DNA from: an uncultured delta proteobacterium
GTDB taxonomy: Bacteria; Desulfobacterota; Binatia; Binatales; Binataceae
Direction: 5' to 3'
Assembly (NCBI GenBank): GCA_963851325.1
Contig: CAWKOR010000002.1
Span: 167,960 to 231,959, forward strand
Length of the DNA stretch: 64,000 nt
The notes beneath the pieces are model-generated. The model did not search any database. It worked only from the letters and a program-made list of their open reading frames with translations, and was not told the origin of the DNA. Shown piece after piece: positions 10,202 to 19,491 of this stretch; within the stretch, counting starts at the first letter, position 1, and the number at the start of each line of letters is the position of its first letter. Both the position numbers and the translations under genes were made by a program.

Positions 10202-10492
10202 TCTCCGCAGCCTCGCTCCCACTCCACTTACGTGGCTCGACGCTTGCGTGGCTCGAAATACTTGATTCGGTTGGTCACTATTGAGTCGTTGCCCCAGCCG
10301 CGGGCGCCTCCGAACCCTCGCTTGATGCGTTCCCGCGCGAGGCCATTAGAGATGGATGGCAGAATACGCGAAAGTTGTTCTCGGAAAGCTTTCAAAAGCG
10401 CCCCTCTGTCCGAACCCTCGCCCGACCGGGCGAGGACGATTGCGACCCTCCTCTCTCATCATCGGGAGAGGGAATGAAAGAAGGAATCTGAT

Positions 10493-11401
10493 CTAACGGT
10501 TCGTCGGCTCGCCTTGCGCGGAAATCCACCCGGCACGGCCAGGTAAGGTCGAACGAATTACAGGACACACCGGCAGCTCCGCGACATTGAGGCTCGCGGC
10601 TACTTCCTCGAGGCGCACGAACTCGGTGCCACGTTCCTTCAGCGCCCGCACCAGCGCGGTGAACATTTCGAGCTGGCCCATGCCTTCGGTCTCGGCATGG
10701 ATGGTGTGCACATTGAGGGCATCGCCTTTGAACTGCTCCAGGTAGAAGCGATGCGCCGCCTCCGCATCCGGGACCTCGGCAAGTCCCATCACCTCATCCA
10801 GCGTCGGCAGCGTAGTGGGAATCTCGATGGTGTTGAGGACGCGGCCTTCGACGATGCATCGATAGGGTGCGCGTCCGCGGGTGTCGCTCCGATATGCGAG
10901 GTTGGCCTCCTCGAGCGCGAGCAGCGCGGAGTCGTTGGTGCGCCATCCCGGCGCAGCAAAACTGCGCGCCGGAGTTCCGATGATCGCGCGATACGCCTCG
11001 AACGCTTCGGAGAGTTCAGTTCGAATGGCGTCGTCGCCAATGCTGTCGAGCTGATCTTGCCATCGCACATGATCGTAGCCGTGGACGCCAACCTCGAAGC
11101 CTGCACGCTTGAGATCGCGCATCACATCCGGAAACGCCAGCGCAATTGGACGCGCCGGGAGCAAGGTGCCGGACAGGACGGTGCGCAGGCCGTACATCGA
11201 AACGGCCTTGGTCCGAAACATCTTCGAGAGGAAGCCGCGATTGCGAAGGACGCGGATGATCGCGCGCCCGGAATTGTCGGGTCCCATCGTTATATAGAAC
11301 GATGCGGCGATGGCCTCGCGCTGAAGCATCGCGGCAAGCCGCGGCACACCTGCACCCAGCCCCTGATGCGTATCGACGTCAATTTTGAGGGCGACTTTCA
11401 C
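10493..11401 (-). CDS. arnD: 4-deoxy-4-formamido-L-arabinose-phosphoundecaprenol deformylase (polysaccharide deacetylase family)
   Basis: N-terminus MKVALKIDVDTHQGLGAGVPRL..GPDNSGR..GVHGYDHVRWQ aligns closely to my recollection of E. coli ArnD. Confidence 0.85.
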   Translation of the reverse strand: MKVALKIDVDTHQGLGAGVPRLAAMLQREAIAASFYITMGPDNSGRAIIRVLRNRGFLSKMFRTKAVSMYGLRTVLSGTLLPARPIALAFPDVMRDLKRAGFEVGVHGYDHVRWQDQLDSIGDDAIRTELSEAFEAYRAIIGTPARSFAAPGWRTNDSALLALEEANLAYRSDTRGRAPYRCIVEGRVLNTIEIPTTLPTLDEVMGLAEVPDAEAAHRFYLEQFKGDALNVHTIHAETEGMGQLEMFTALVRALKERGTEFVRLEEVAASLNVAELPVCPVIRSTLPGRAGWISAQGEPTNR

Positions 11402-11426
11402 GAACGATCAGAGGGAACCACAGCGG

Positions 11427-11519
11427 CACAGAGACACCACGGTTGAGCAGCCAAAGAGGTCAACATGATCTGCACCAATCTCAACTCGCCGAATGGTTTT
11501 CTCACTCTGTGTCTCTGTG
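11427..11519. repeat. inverted pair of an 11-bp core (cacagagacac at 11427-11437 / gtgtctctgtg at 11509-11519), REP-like
   Basis: Read directly in the arnD / decarboxylase intergenic gap. The same core plus flank recurs at 30019-30046. Confidence 0.6.
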
Positions 11520-11532
11520 GTGAATTTTGCTC

Positions 11533-12498
11533 CTAGCGGTTCTGTTCCTGGCGGAACCACTCCATTGAGCGCGCTGTGCCATCCCGCAGTGATACTTTCG
11601 GCGTCACGCCGAGCAGCGTCTTCATCTTGGTGTTGTCGGGAACGCGGCGTGGAATGTCCTCGTAGCTGTTGCCGTAGACATCTTCCTGGCTGACGAATTT
11701 GATCTTCGATTTAGTCGGCCCGTACAGTTCGATCATCAGCTTGGCGAATTCGAGCACCGTGGTCTCGACCTCGATTCCGATGTTGATGGCTTGCCCGTCG
11801 GCTTCCGGCTTCATGCCGGCCGCGACGATTGCCGCGACCGCATCGGTGACGTAGGTGAAGCATCGCGTCTGGCTGCCGTCGCCGATGACGGTGAGATCGA
11901 CCCCGCGCAGCAGTTGCCCCATGAAGATGGTGAACAGGCGGCCGACATCAACCTTGTCGAGGCGCGGTCCGTAGACGTTGAAAAATCTCACCACCGTGAC
12001 CGGCAAGCCGAGCTTGTGATACGCGAAGCAGAAATGCTCGCCGACCGCTTTCGAAGTCGAGTAGCACCACCGGTCGATGGTGGTGGCGCCTAGCACGCGA
12101 TCGTCATCCTCGCGCCAGGGAACCTTGGGATTGCGGCCGTAGACCTCGGAGGTCGAGCTGAACACGACTTTCTTGTTGTACTTGTAGGCGGCCTTGAGGA
12201 TGTTCTGGGTGCCGTTCACATTGACGTTGAGGGTTTCGTAGGGATCTCCGACATAGTGTTCAACGCCGACCACCGCCGCGAGATGATAGATGAGGTCGAC
12301 CTTGGCGGCGAGGCTGTCGATCAATTCGAGATTGAAAATCGAATCATGGACGTAGTGGAAACGCGGGTTGTCGAGCAGATGGCGGACCTTGCCGATCGCT
12401 CCGGTGTCGAGCACGAATACTTCATCGCCGCGCGCGATGAATGCGTCGGAGACGTGGGAGCCCAGGAATCCCGCTCCGCCGGTGATGAGAACCTTCAT
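11533..12498 (-). CDS. NAD-dependent epimerase/dehydratase, ArnA C-terminal (UDP-glucuronate decarboxylase)-like
   Basis: Rossmann GGAGFLGSH, STSEVYG and YSTSK (YxxxK). Sits between the arnD and formyltransferase genes. Confidence 0.8.
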   Translation of the reverse strand: MKVLITGGAGFLGSHVSDAFIARGDEVFVLDTGAIGKVRHLLDNPRFHYVHDSIFNLELIDSLAAKVDLIYHLAAVVGVEHYVGDPYETLNVNVNGTQNILKAAYKYNKKVVFSSTSEVYGRNPKVPWREDDDRVLGATTIDRWCYSTSKAVGEHFCFAYHKLGLPVTVVRFFNVYGPRLDKVDVGRLFTIFMGQLLRGVDLTVIGDGSQTRCFTYVTDAVAAIVAAGMKPEADGQAINIGIEVETTVLEFAKLMIELYGPTKSKIKFVSQEDVYGNSYEDIPRRVPDNTKMKTLLGVTPKVSLRDGTARSMEWFRQEQNR

Positions 12499-12571
12499 TT
12501 ATCCTCCGCTGGCCGCATCCGGGAAATCCACGCAGATGCTGTCGCGCGAACATTATAAGGGAATGAGCGGG

Positions 12572-13531
12572 CTATAGCAGCGCGCGCGGACGCCCTTTCG
12601 CGATTCCCAAAACCTTACCCGCGACGCCTTCGCTACCGCCTTCGAACTGCACGCGCCGCACAAAGAGACTGCCCTGCCCCGCCGCGGTTTCCAGCTCACC
12701 CTCCGATTCGCCGACGATTTCTCCCGGCGCTCCGCGGGCTCCATCCTCGCTTGCGATGCGCGTTTCCCAGATGAAAAGCTTCCTGCCGCTCGCGTAGCAA
12801 AATGCGCCGGGATACGGATGCGTGACGGCGCGGGCCAGGTTGAAGATGCGCCGCGCCGGCCATCGCCAATCGATGCGGCCGTCTTCGGGTCGGCGGCGTC
12901 CGAAATAGCTGCCGCAGCTGAGGTCCTGCTTTATCCGTGGCGCGCGACCGGTGACGATCAACGGATGGTTCTCGCGCATGATTTCGGCGCCGAGCGGCAC
13001 CAGCTTGCGATAAAGCGTCAGCGCGGTGTCGCTATCGTCGATGGCGCAGGCGCGCTGCGCAACGATATCGCCCGCATCGGCGCGCGCCACCATATGATGC
13101 AGCGTCAGTCCCGCCTCGCGCTCGCCATTGACGATCATCCAGTTGACCGGCGCGCGTCCGCGATATTTCGGCAGCAGCGAGCCATGCATATTGAAGGCGC
13201 CAATGGTCGCGGAGTTAAGAATCACGTCGGGAAGCAGGTGACGATAGTAGATCGAATAGATGACCGCGGGACCAAGCGCGGCGACGCGCGCAATGAGGTC
13301 GGCGTCGATGCGTTCAGGTGAGTACACCGGGATTGAATTGCGCGCCGCGAGGTCAGCGCATGAGCGCCACCAGATTTCCTCGTGAGGATCATCCTGATGC
13401 GTGAACAGCGCGGCGATCGGCGCGCCGAGCGCGAGCAACGCCTCGAGGCAGGCGTAGCCAGTATCGTGGTATGCGAACAGGACGCATCGCGCGAGCTTCA
13501 CTGCGGTGGCGATGGAACTCGAATCAGCCAC
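12572..13531 (-). CDS. formyltransferase, ArnA N-terminal (UDP-Ara4N formyltransferase)-like
   Basis: VLFAYHDTGYACLEALL.., NMHGSLLPKYRGRAPVNW and HHMVARADAGDIVAQ resemble the ArnA/Fmt formyltransferase core. Confidence 0.85.
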   Translation of the reverse strand: MADSSSIATAVKLARCVLFAYHDTGYACLEALLALGAPIAALFTHQDDPHEEIWWRSCADLAARNSIPVYSPERIDADLIARVAALGPAVIYSIYYRHLLPDVILNSATIGAFNMHGSLLPKYRGRAPVNWMIVNGEREAGLTLHHMVARADAGDIVAQRACAIDDSDTALTLYRKLVPLGAEIMRENHPLIVTGRAPRIKQDLSCGSYFGRRRPEDGRIDWRWPARRIFNLARAVTHPYPGAFCYASGRKLFIWETRIASEDGARGAPGEIVGESEGELETAAGQGSLFVRRVQFEGGSEGVAGKVLGIAKGRPRALL

Positions 13532-14548
13532 CTAACCGCGCGTCGCGAATTTCGGATCTTCGCCGGCTTCATCGCCGTGAACCTTGCGCACCAGGTAGGT
13601 CGGACGGCGGCGAACTTCAAGATAGATACGCCCGATGTATTCGCCGATCAGCGCGAGGGCGAAGAAGATGAATCCTATGAATCCAAACAGGACCGTGAAC
13701 AGCAGCCACAGCGCGCCTTCTTGCTGCGGTCCGTAGATCAGGCGGTGCAGCGCCAGCACCGTCACCAGCAACCCATCGAGGAACAGGATTCCGATTCCCA
13801 TCAGGCTGAGAATCTGGATCGGAATCATCGAGAAACCCGTGATCAGGTTGAGGCTCAGCGTCGCGAGGCGTAGCAGGTTGTACTTTGAATCGCCCGCCGC
13901 GCGCTCGGCATGGCCCACTGGAATCTCGGCCACCCGCTTGGCGAACGAATTGGCCAGCGCCGGCACGAAGGCCGCCTTCTCATCGCATTCGACCACGGTA
14001 TCGACGATGTGCCTGCGATACGCGCGCAGCATGCATCCGTAGTCATGCATCGGAACGCCGACGATCGCGGAGGTGAGCTTGTTGTGAAACCGCGAGGCGA
14101 TGCGGCGAAAGGCCTGGTCCTGGCGTTCCTCGCGCCATCCGCCGACCACATCGTTGCCGTCGTCGATCGCCTGGATGAGCCGCGGGATCTCCTCGGGAGG
14201 ATTTTGCAGATCGGCATCCAGCGTCACGATGATGTCGCCCTTGGCCTGCTTGAACCCCGCCAGGATCGCCGAATGTTGTCCGAAGTTGCGCGCCAGCTCG
14301 ACGACCCGCACATGCCCAGGCGCTTCTTCGCGGAGTGCTTTCAGCATGCTGAGGGAGTCATCCGCCGAGCCGTCATCGACGAAGACTACTTCCCATGGCC
14401 GGTTCATCTGCTTCATGACGGCCGCGAGGCGAGCCCACAAATCCGGAATGGTCGCGGCCTCGTTGTAGACCGGGATCACCAACGAAATCACTTCCGGCGC
14501 GACCTGTCGGCTATCATGAATCGGAAGAATGTTTCCTTGACTGCTCAA
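13532..14548 (-). CDS. arnC: undecaprenyl-phosphate 4-deoxy-4-formamido-L-arabinose transferase (GT2)
   Basis: VIPVYNE..DDGS.D.S, LDADLQNPPEEIPRL and GDYGCMLRAYRRHIVD are near-colinear with E. coli ArnC. Its stop abuts the formyltransferase start. Confidence 0.88.
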   Translation of the reverse strand: MSSQGNILPIHDSRQVAPEVISLVIPVYNEAATIPDLWARLAAVMKQMNRPWEVVFVDDGSADDSLSMLKALREEAPGHVRVVELARNFGQHSAILAGFKQAKGDIIVTLDADLQNPPEEIPRLIQAIDDGNDVVGGWREERQDQAFRRIASRFHNKLTSAIVGVPMHDYGCMLRAYRRHIVDTVVECDEKAAFVPALANSFAKRVAEIPVGHAERAAGDSKYNLLRLATLSLNLITGFSMIPIQILSLMGIGILFLDGLLVTVLALHRLIYGPQQEGALWLLFTVLFGFIGFIFFALALIGEYIGRIYLEVRRRPTYLVRKVHGDEAGEDPKFATRG

Positions 14549-14702
14549 AGCGACGCCCCAACATGCCTACACGTGCTCACCAGCATTGTTACAGACCCAT
14601 TCGGCCTGCAAAAGATGCCCCCCAGCGTGTAACTTTTACATTCCGCACCATAGACAGGCTCCCGGTCAAATAACTACTCCTGCGGCAGCGTCCAACATTA
14701 TT

Positions 14703-15776
14703 ATGGGGCTCCAGCGCACCACCTGCTCTCTCCTGCTCCCATTGTGCATCCTCCTTGTTGCCGGATGTGCCTCACATCAGAACTTTGAGTCGCGGCCTTT
14801 CTACCAGAAAGAAATCGCGGTCGAGACCCACGGCAAGAAGACCCTGTTCGACAGGATTGTCGAGGTCGATCCCGGCGGCCTCGATGTCGATTTGGCGAGC
14901 GACTATGTCAAACGTCCGCCCGCAACCATCGCGGTGCTGCCGTTCACCGATCGCGGCTCCGCGCAATACACCGTCGACAAGATTCCGCTCAGCTTCCGCA
15001 ACAAGGAAGAGCGCGATCAGTGGGCATGGACCGACGCGCAGCGATTGCGCAAGTCGTTCATCGGATATCTCTCGCAGCGCGAATTTATTGTGGTCAATCC
15101 AATCGCGGTGGATGCGGTGCTGCAATCGCACGGAATCAACAACGCCGAGGATCTCGAGAAAGTCAGCGTCCTGACGCTGGGCAAATGGTTTCAGTGCGAT
15201 GCCGTGATCTACGGAACCGTCGATCATTATGAGGCGTACTACCTGGCGCTGGTTTCCGGCTACGAAGTCGGGGTGACCTCGCGCATGGTCTCGACCCACG
15301 ATGGCGAAACCTTGATGCGCAGTCATGGCAGCCGCTTCTCGCTCAATGTTCTGCCCGCGATGTCGATGGAAGACATCCTGATAAATTCCGCCGAATCGCT
15401 GCTCCAGCTCCGCGACGTCGTGCTGGCGCGCGCCGAGGAAGAGGTCGCGCGCGAGTTGGTGATCCGCATCCCACGATCCGAGACATTGCGCACCCGCATC
15501 GCCACCGAAGCGGTCCGGCGTGCGAGGGAATCGGAGGAGATCGAAGAGGATGTGGCAGCGCCTCGTCCGCCGTCGGTTGATGCGATGCAGGCCAACGTCT
15601 GGCCGCCTCCATCCGCGAACGAGATCAGCTTTCTGCAAGCGGCCGCGATAGGCGACGACGCGGCATACGACCAGCATGCTGTTGACGAGGGCAGCCGCCA
15701 CCTTAAGACTGCATCGTCATGGCAAATCCCCAGCGGCCAGCGCTCCGTCTCGTTTTCATCGCAATATCAGCGCTGA
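14703..15776 (+). CDS. putative lipoprotein
   Basis: Internal ATG at 14703 gives a signal peptide with lipobox LLVAGC. The upstream part of track ORF 14586 has no signal. The 3' end overlaps the ArnT-like gene by 58 nt. Confidence 0.6.
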   Translation: MGLQRTTCSLLLPLCILLVAGCASHQNFESRPFYQKEIAVETHGKKTLFDRIVEVDPGGLDVDLASDYVKRPPATIAVLPFTDRGSAQYTVDKIPLSFRNKEERDQWAWTDAQRLRKSFIGYLSQREFIVVNPIAVDAVLQSHGINNAEDLEKVSVLTLGKWFQCDAVIYGTVDHYEAYYLALVSGYEVGVTSRMVSTHDGETLMRSHGSRFSLNVLPAMSMEDILINSAESLLQLRDVVLARAEEEVARELVIRIPRSETLRTRIATEAVRRARESEEIEEDVAAPRPPSVDAMQANVWPPPSANEISFLQAAAIGDDAAYDQHAVDEGSRHLKTASSWQIPSGQRSVSFSSQYQR

Positions 15777-17422
15777 TTTTGTATTTGCCGGGGCTTGGCC
15801 GGCCCGCATTATGGGAGCCCGACGAGGGCCGCTACGCCGAAATCGCGCGGGAGATGTACCTGAGCGGCGACTATGTCACGCCGCGCGACAACTTCGTTCG
15901 TTACTTCGAGAAACCGCCGCTGGTGTACTGGGCCGAAGCCGCCGCGATGTCGATCTTCGGCCCGCATGAATTCGCGGTCCGCCTTCCTGCCGCGCTCTTC
16001 AGTGCCGCCGACGTTGTAGTCACCGCCGCTATCGCCGAGGTGATGTTTGGCGAGGCGGTGGCAATCCTCGCGGCGATCGCACTCGGGCTGAGTCCGCTGT
16101 TTTTCGGATTCGCACGGTTTGCCACGCTCGATCCCGCACTCGCGTTTTTCATGACTGCCGCGCTCGGCGCATTTTACCTGGCCGCGCGGTCGAGCGATTT
16201 CGCCCGCGGCAGGGGACGCCAATGGTTCATCACGTCCGCCGCCTTGCTCGCGCTCGGCACGCTAGCCAAGGGTCCGGTGGCTCCCGTGCTCTGCGGCGCC
16301 ATCGGGCTTATCTGGATATTGCTCGAGCGACGCGCCCGCGAGATAAGGCGCATGCCGTGGATTTTCGCGACCGCGGTCTACTTAGCGATCGCGGCGCCAT
16401 GGTTCATCGTCGCGGCCCATCGCAACCCAGGCTTTCTGCAATTCTTCTTCGTACACGAACATGTTCAACGCTACCTGGAGGACACCGAGCATGGATGGGG
16501 CTTGTGGTTCTTTATACCGATCGTGATCGGAGGCGCGTGGCCGTGGGTCTTTTTCGCGCCGTTGGGACTGCGTGGGTTGCGCGCCCCTGAATCACCGGAG
16601 TCCTCGTCGCATCGCTCAGCGATGCGATTCCTGATGACCTGGTTTCTCGTGATCTTCGTGTTCTTCTCGATTCCGCGCGCCAAGCTGGGATCCTATATCC
16701 TTCCCGCGCTTCCTGCTCTTTCGATCGTGGCGGGATTGGGAATGTCGAGGCTATGGCGCCTGGAGGTTCGCTCGATATGGCGAATCGTCGGCGCGTTCGC
16801 CGCGCTCACGTTACTGGGGTCGATTGCGGCGGCGCTCGCAGCCGCGGCCGCGAGCGGAAAACTCTCATCGGCACTCACGATCGACGCCTACCTGATCGCC
16901 GCGCTGCTGGCAGCGATCGCAGTCGTATCATTCATCGTGGATCGCGACGGGACGCGGCCGGGAGCCTTGGTCATTACGCTCGCGCTCGGAACGATCCTGA
17001 TCATGGGTGTCGCAACGCGGGCACGCAAAGACGGAGCATCATCGACATCCTATCGAACACTGGCAAAGCAGATATCGCCATACCTGCAGATGGGATGCAT
17101 CGTCGCATCGTATCGGCACAACGTGCATTCCATCCCGTTCTACACCGGATTTCGCGAGGCTCTGGTCTCATATCGGGGCGAGCTCGCTCCGTTCGGCGAT
17201 AGTCCGGATGCGGCCGCCAGTTTCATTCGCAACGATGACGAGCTACGCCGGATGTGGTCATCGAATGAATGCTTCGTGCTGATCGCGAATCGAAAGGACC
17301 TCGGCACGCTTCGAACCCTCGCGCCGGCGCCGGTGGTGATTGGATGCGAAGGGAAGAAATTCGCGCTCTTCAATGGTCCGAAGGCCCGCCCGGCGGCCGA
17401 CTGCCGCACCGAAGTCCATTGA
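15719..17422 (+). CDS. arnT: ArnT-like undecaprenyl-phosphate-sugar:lipid A / protein glycosyltransferase (GT39/GT83, PMT_2-type)
   Basis: 567 aa, polytopic. N-terminal LWEPDEGRYAEIAREM motif typical of ArnT/PMT-family enzymes. Adjacent to the arn genes. Confidence 0.75.
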   Translation: MANPQRPALRLVFIAISALILYLPGLGRPALWEPDEGRYAEIAREMYLSGDYVTPRDNFVRYFEKPPLVYWAEAAAMSIFGPHEFAVRLPAALFSAADVVVTAAIAEVMFGEAVAILAAIALGLSPLFFGFARFATLDPALAFFMTAALGAFYLAARSSDFARGRGRQWFITSAALLALGTLAKGPVAPVLCGAIGLIWILLERRAREIRRMPWIFATAVYLAIAAPWFIVAAHRNPGFLQFFFVHEHVQRYLEDTEHGWGLWFFIPIVIGGAWPWVFFAPLGLRGLRAPESPESSSHRSAMRFLMTWFLVIFVFFSIPRAKLGSYILPALPALSIVAGLGMSRLWRLEVRSIWRIVGAFAALTLLGSIAAALAAAAASGKLSSALTIDAYLIAALLAAIAVVSFIVDRDGTRPGALVITLALGTILIMGVATRARKDGASSTSYRTLAKQISPYLQMGCIVASYRHNVHSIPFYTGFREALVSYRGELAPFGDSPDAAASFIRNDDELRRMWSSNECFVLIANRKDLGTLRTLAPAPVVIGCEGKKFALFNGPKARPAADCRTEVH

Positions 17423-17476
17423 GCCCGCCTCGTTGGGACTTGGTTTGAAGCGGCGTGAAATATACCCTGTATAGCG

Positions 17477-17980
17477 GTGGTGGGCATGAAGAAGTTGGGG
17501 ATCCTCCTTGCGGGAGGCCTGCTGACAGTTACTTTCGCGGCGTGCGTCGCGCAGGTAAATCAAAGCTCCGCGCAAACGGCGCTGGCGGCCGGACGCCTTG
17601 ACGAAGCTGCCAACGACATCCAGACTGCGCTCGCCCACGATCCCGACAACCTGCAACTCAAACAACTCGCCGCGGATATCTTCACCCGTCGCGGAGTCCA
17701 GTACTACCAGACCGGGACCATGATCGCGGCGGCCGACGATTTCCAGCGCGCGGTTGCATACCAGCCCACTTACGCGATGGCGTGGAATTACCTCGGGCTG
17801 ATCGCATCGCAGCAACACAACTGGCAAAAGGCCATCGACTATGGCGGCAAAGCCGCCGGCCTCGAGGGCAAAGCCGATCCTGCTTACGTAGTGCAGGCGC
17901 GTAAGGAATTGCTTAAGGTCCAGGCCGGCGGCATCCGTCCCTACCTACCCCCCGGCAAACGACCCAAGCTGGGGGATTGA
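17477..17980 (+). CDS. TPR-repeat protein with signal peptide / possible lipoprotein
   Basis: Signal-like MKKLGILLAGGLLTVTFAAC. TPR-like A..AL..DP.N...W..LG repeats. Confidence 0.65.
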   Translation: MVGMKKLGILLAGGLLTVTFAACVAQVNQSSAQTALAAGRLDEAANDIQTALAHDPDNLQLKQLAADIFTRRGVQYYQTGTMIAAADDFQRAVAYQPTYAMAWNYLGLIASQQHNWQKAIDYGGKAAGLEGKADPAYVVQARKELLKVQAGGIRPYLPPGKRPKLGD

Positions 17981-18825
17981 GGCGGATGTCGGAAAATTGG
18001 ACTGTAGAGGCCGTGGCTGACAGCAAACCTGAAGCGCCACCGGAGAAACCGCCCGAAGCCGCGGTCCCGGCAATTCCGTCGGTCCTGTCCAGCGACCATT
18101 CGCTGGGCGAGATTATGACGATGGCACGGGAGGCGCGCGCCTTTTCGCGCGAGCAGGCGGCCAAGGCTTCCAATATTCCCGGCTACTACCTGACCATGAT
18201 CGAAACCGACGACTACTCGTCGATCGCCGATCAGCTTTATCTGTTGCCGTTTCTACGCCGCTACGCCACCTTCGTCGGGCTCGAGCCCGAGGAAGTGGCC
18301 AGCCGCTTCATCCGCGATGTGCAGCGCGCCGACATGAATCCAGGCCGCGCTACTGAGCCGATTCCGATCTTCGTAAAGCGCAAGGGCTTTCCCTGGCGCA
18401 TCGCGCTAACCGCCGGCGTTATCGCGATCGGCGTGGTTGGATGGTTTGGGTATCGTCATTTTGTGGCGCGAAAATTTTCGACCGCAAACTCGAAAGCTCC
18501 CGTGTCGACGGAACAAGTTGCTCCATCAAGCAGCGAAGTCGCTCCTAATCCCGACGACGCGGCGCCGGAAGAGACCGTTCCGGTACCGATGGCTGCTCCT
18601 TCCGCGATAGCGCCGGCAGCTTCGCCAGTTGCCGTGTTGTCTCCGGCGGCAATGGCGTCCGCTGCGATCGCACCGGTGGCGGCCTCGACGCAGAGAATAT
18701 CCGCGCCCAAGCAGGCAGCGCATTCGGCCGCCGCATCGTCAACCGGATCTTCGCGATCGGCTGGCGCGCACCCACGAGGACTCAAACCGGGCGCAAGTTC
18801 GCATCGGATGTCAATGCAGAATTGA
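17977..18825 (+). CDS. RodZ-like helix-turn-helix membrane protein with Ala/Pro-rich tail
   Basis: HTH segment SLGEIMTMAREARAFSREQAAKASNIPGYYLTMIE, one TM (IALTAGVIAIGVVGWFGY) and a low-complexity C-terminus. ATGA overlap with the upstream gene. Confidence 0.65.
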   Translation: MRRMSENWTVEAVADSKPEAPPEKPPEAAVPAIPSVLSSDHSLGEIMTMAREARAFSREQAAKASNIPGYYLTMIETDDYSSIADQLYLLPFLRRYATFVGLEPEEVASRFIRDVQRADMNPGRATEPIPIFVKRKGFPWRIALTAGVIAIGVVGWFGYRHFVARKFSTANSKAPVSTEQVAPSSSEVAPNPDDAAPEETVPVPMAAPSAIAPAASPVAVLSPAAMASAAIAPVAASTQRISAPKQAAHSAAASSTGSSRSAGAHPRGLKPGASSHRMSMQN

Positions 18826-19491
18826 GTTGGCGATCTCCTCGGCCACTAGCTGTTTGGCCGATCGCACATCGTCGCGCGGATGGACCACGACCACCGCCAG
18901 CATCTGATCAGGTGAGCCACCCACCGAGGCACGCGCGACAATCGCTCGATCGTAGATTTCTTCGTCGCCGGCATTGCCGTTAGGGCCGAAGCGCGGCCCC
19001 TCGGGACGCTGCATTTCGTTCTTGAAGGCCTGATAGTTGCGCAGCCCCACCATCGGATCGTTCGGATCCATGATCTGTCGCCGCGCGGACTCGGAATAAG
19101 GATCCAGAGGTTTGCTGCCAGTGTCACCGATCGGCGGCGGTTCGGCCCCGGCGGCGCGCAACAGTCTCGCAATCACCCACGGATCGCCGGGTCCGAGGTC
19201 GCCGAGTACGACACCGGGTTTGAGCAGCTTCTCATTCAAGGTGACGGTTACGGTGACCGGCGAACCATGACCGCTGTCGGGGCTTCGATGAGCACCGCGA
19301 AAATCCTGTTCGAGGGTTTGTTGCACCACGGGATCCGTGCAGACGGCAAACACCGGCGCGGTCTGGGGAACGGTGATTTTCCCGTCGGTCTGAACCTCGC
19401 TGGCAAGCGCGATACTCGCGCCCAGGAGTACCAGCGCCAGCAGCGTCGCGGATAAAATATGGAGAGCCTTGGCCGTCATGTCGCAATCCAA
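18811..19491 (-). CDS. hypothetical secreted protein
   Basis: 226-aa ORF with an N-terminal hydrophobic signal-like segment (ALHILSATLLALVLLGASIALA). The start may be the ATG at 19479. Confidence 0.5.
   Translation of the reverse strand: MDCDMTAKALHILSATLLALVLLGASIALASEVQTDGKITVPQTAPVFAVCTDPVVQQTLEQDFRGAHRSPDSGHGSPVTVTVTLNEKLLKPGVVLGDLGPGDPWVIARLLRAAGAEPPPIGDTGSKPLDPYSESARRQIMDPNDPMVGLRNYQAFKNEMQRPEGPRFGPNGNAGDEEIYDRAIVARASVGGSPDQMLAVVVVHPRDDVRSAKQLVAEEIANSILH

Noticed and set aside
10232-10477. 81-aa ORF between nadB and arnD, and the 8-bp-stem hairpin at 10416-10435
   Set aside because: The ORF has no RBS and poor coding bias, and is Arg/Pro/Ser-rich. The hairpin is short with no U-tract, so at most it is a weak bidirectional stop. 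It was not listed as a feature.
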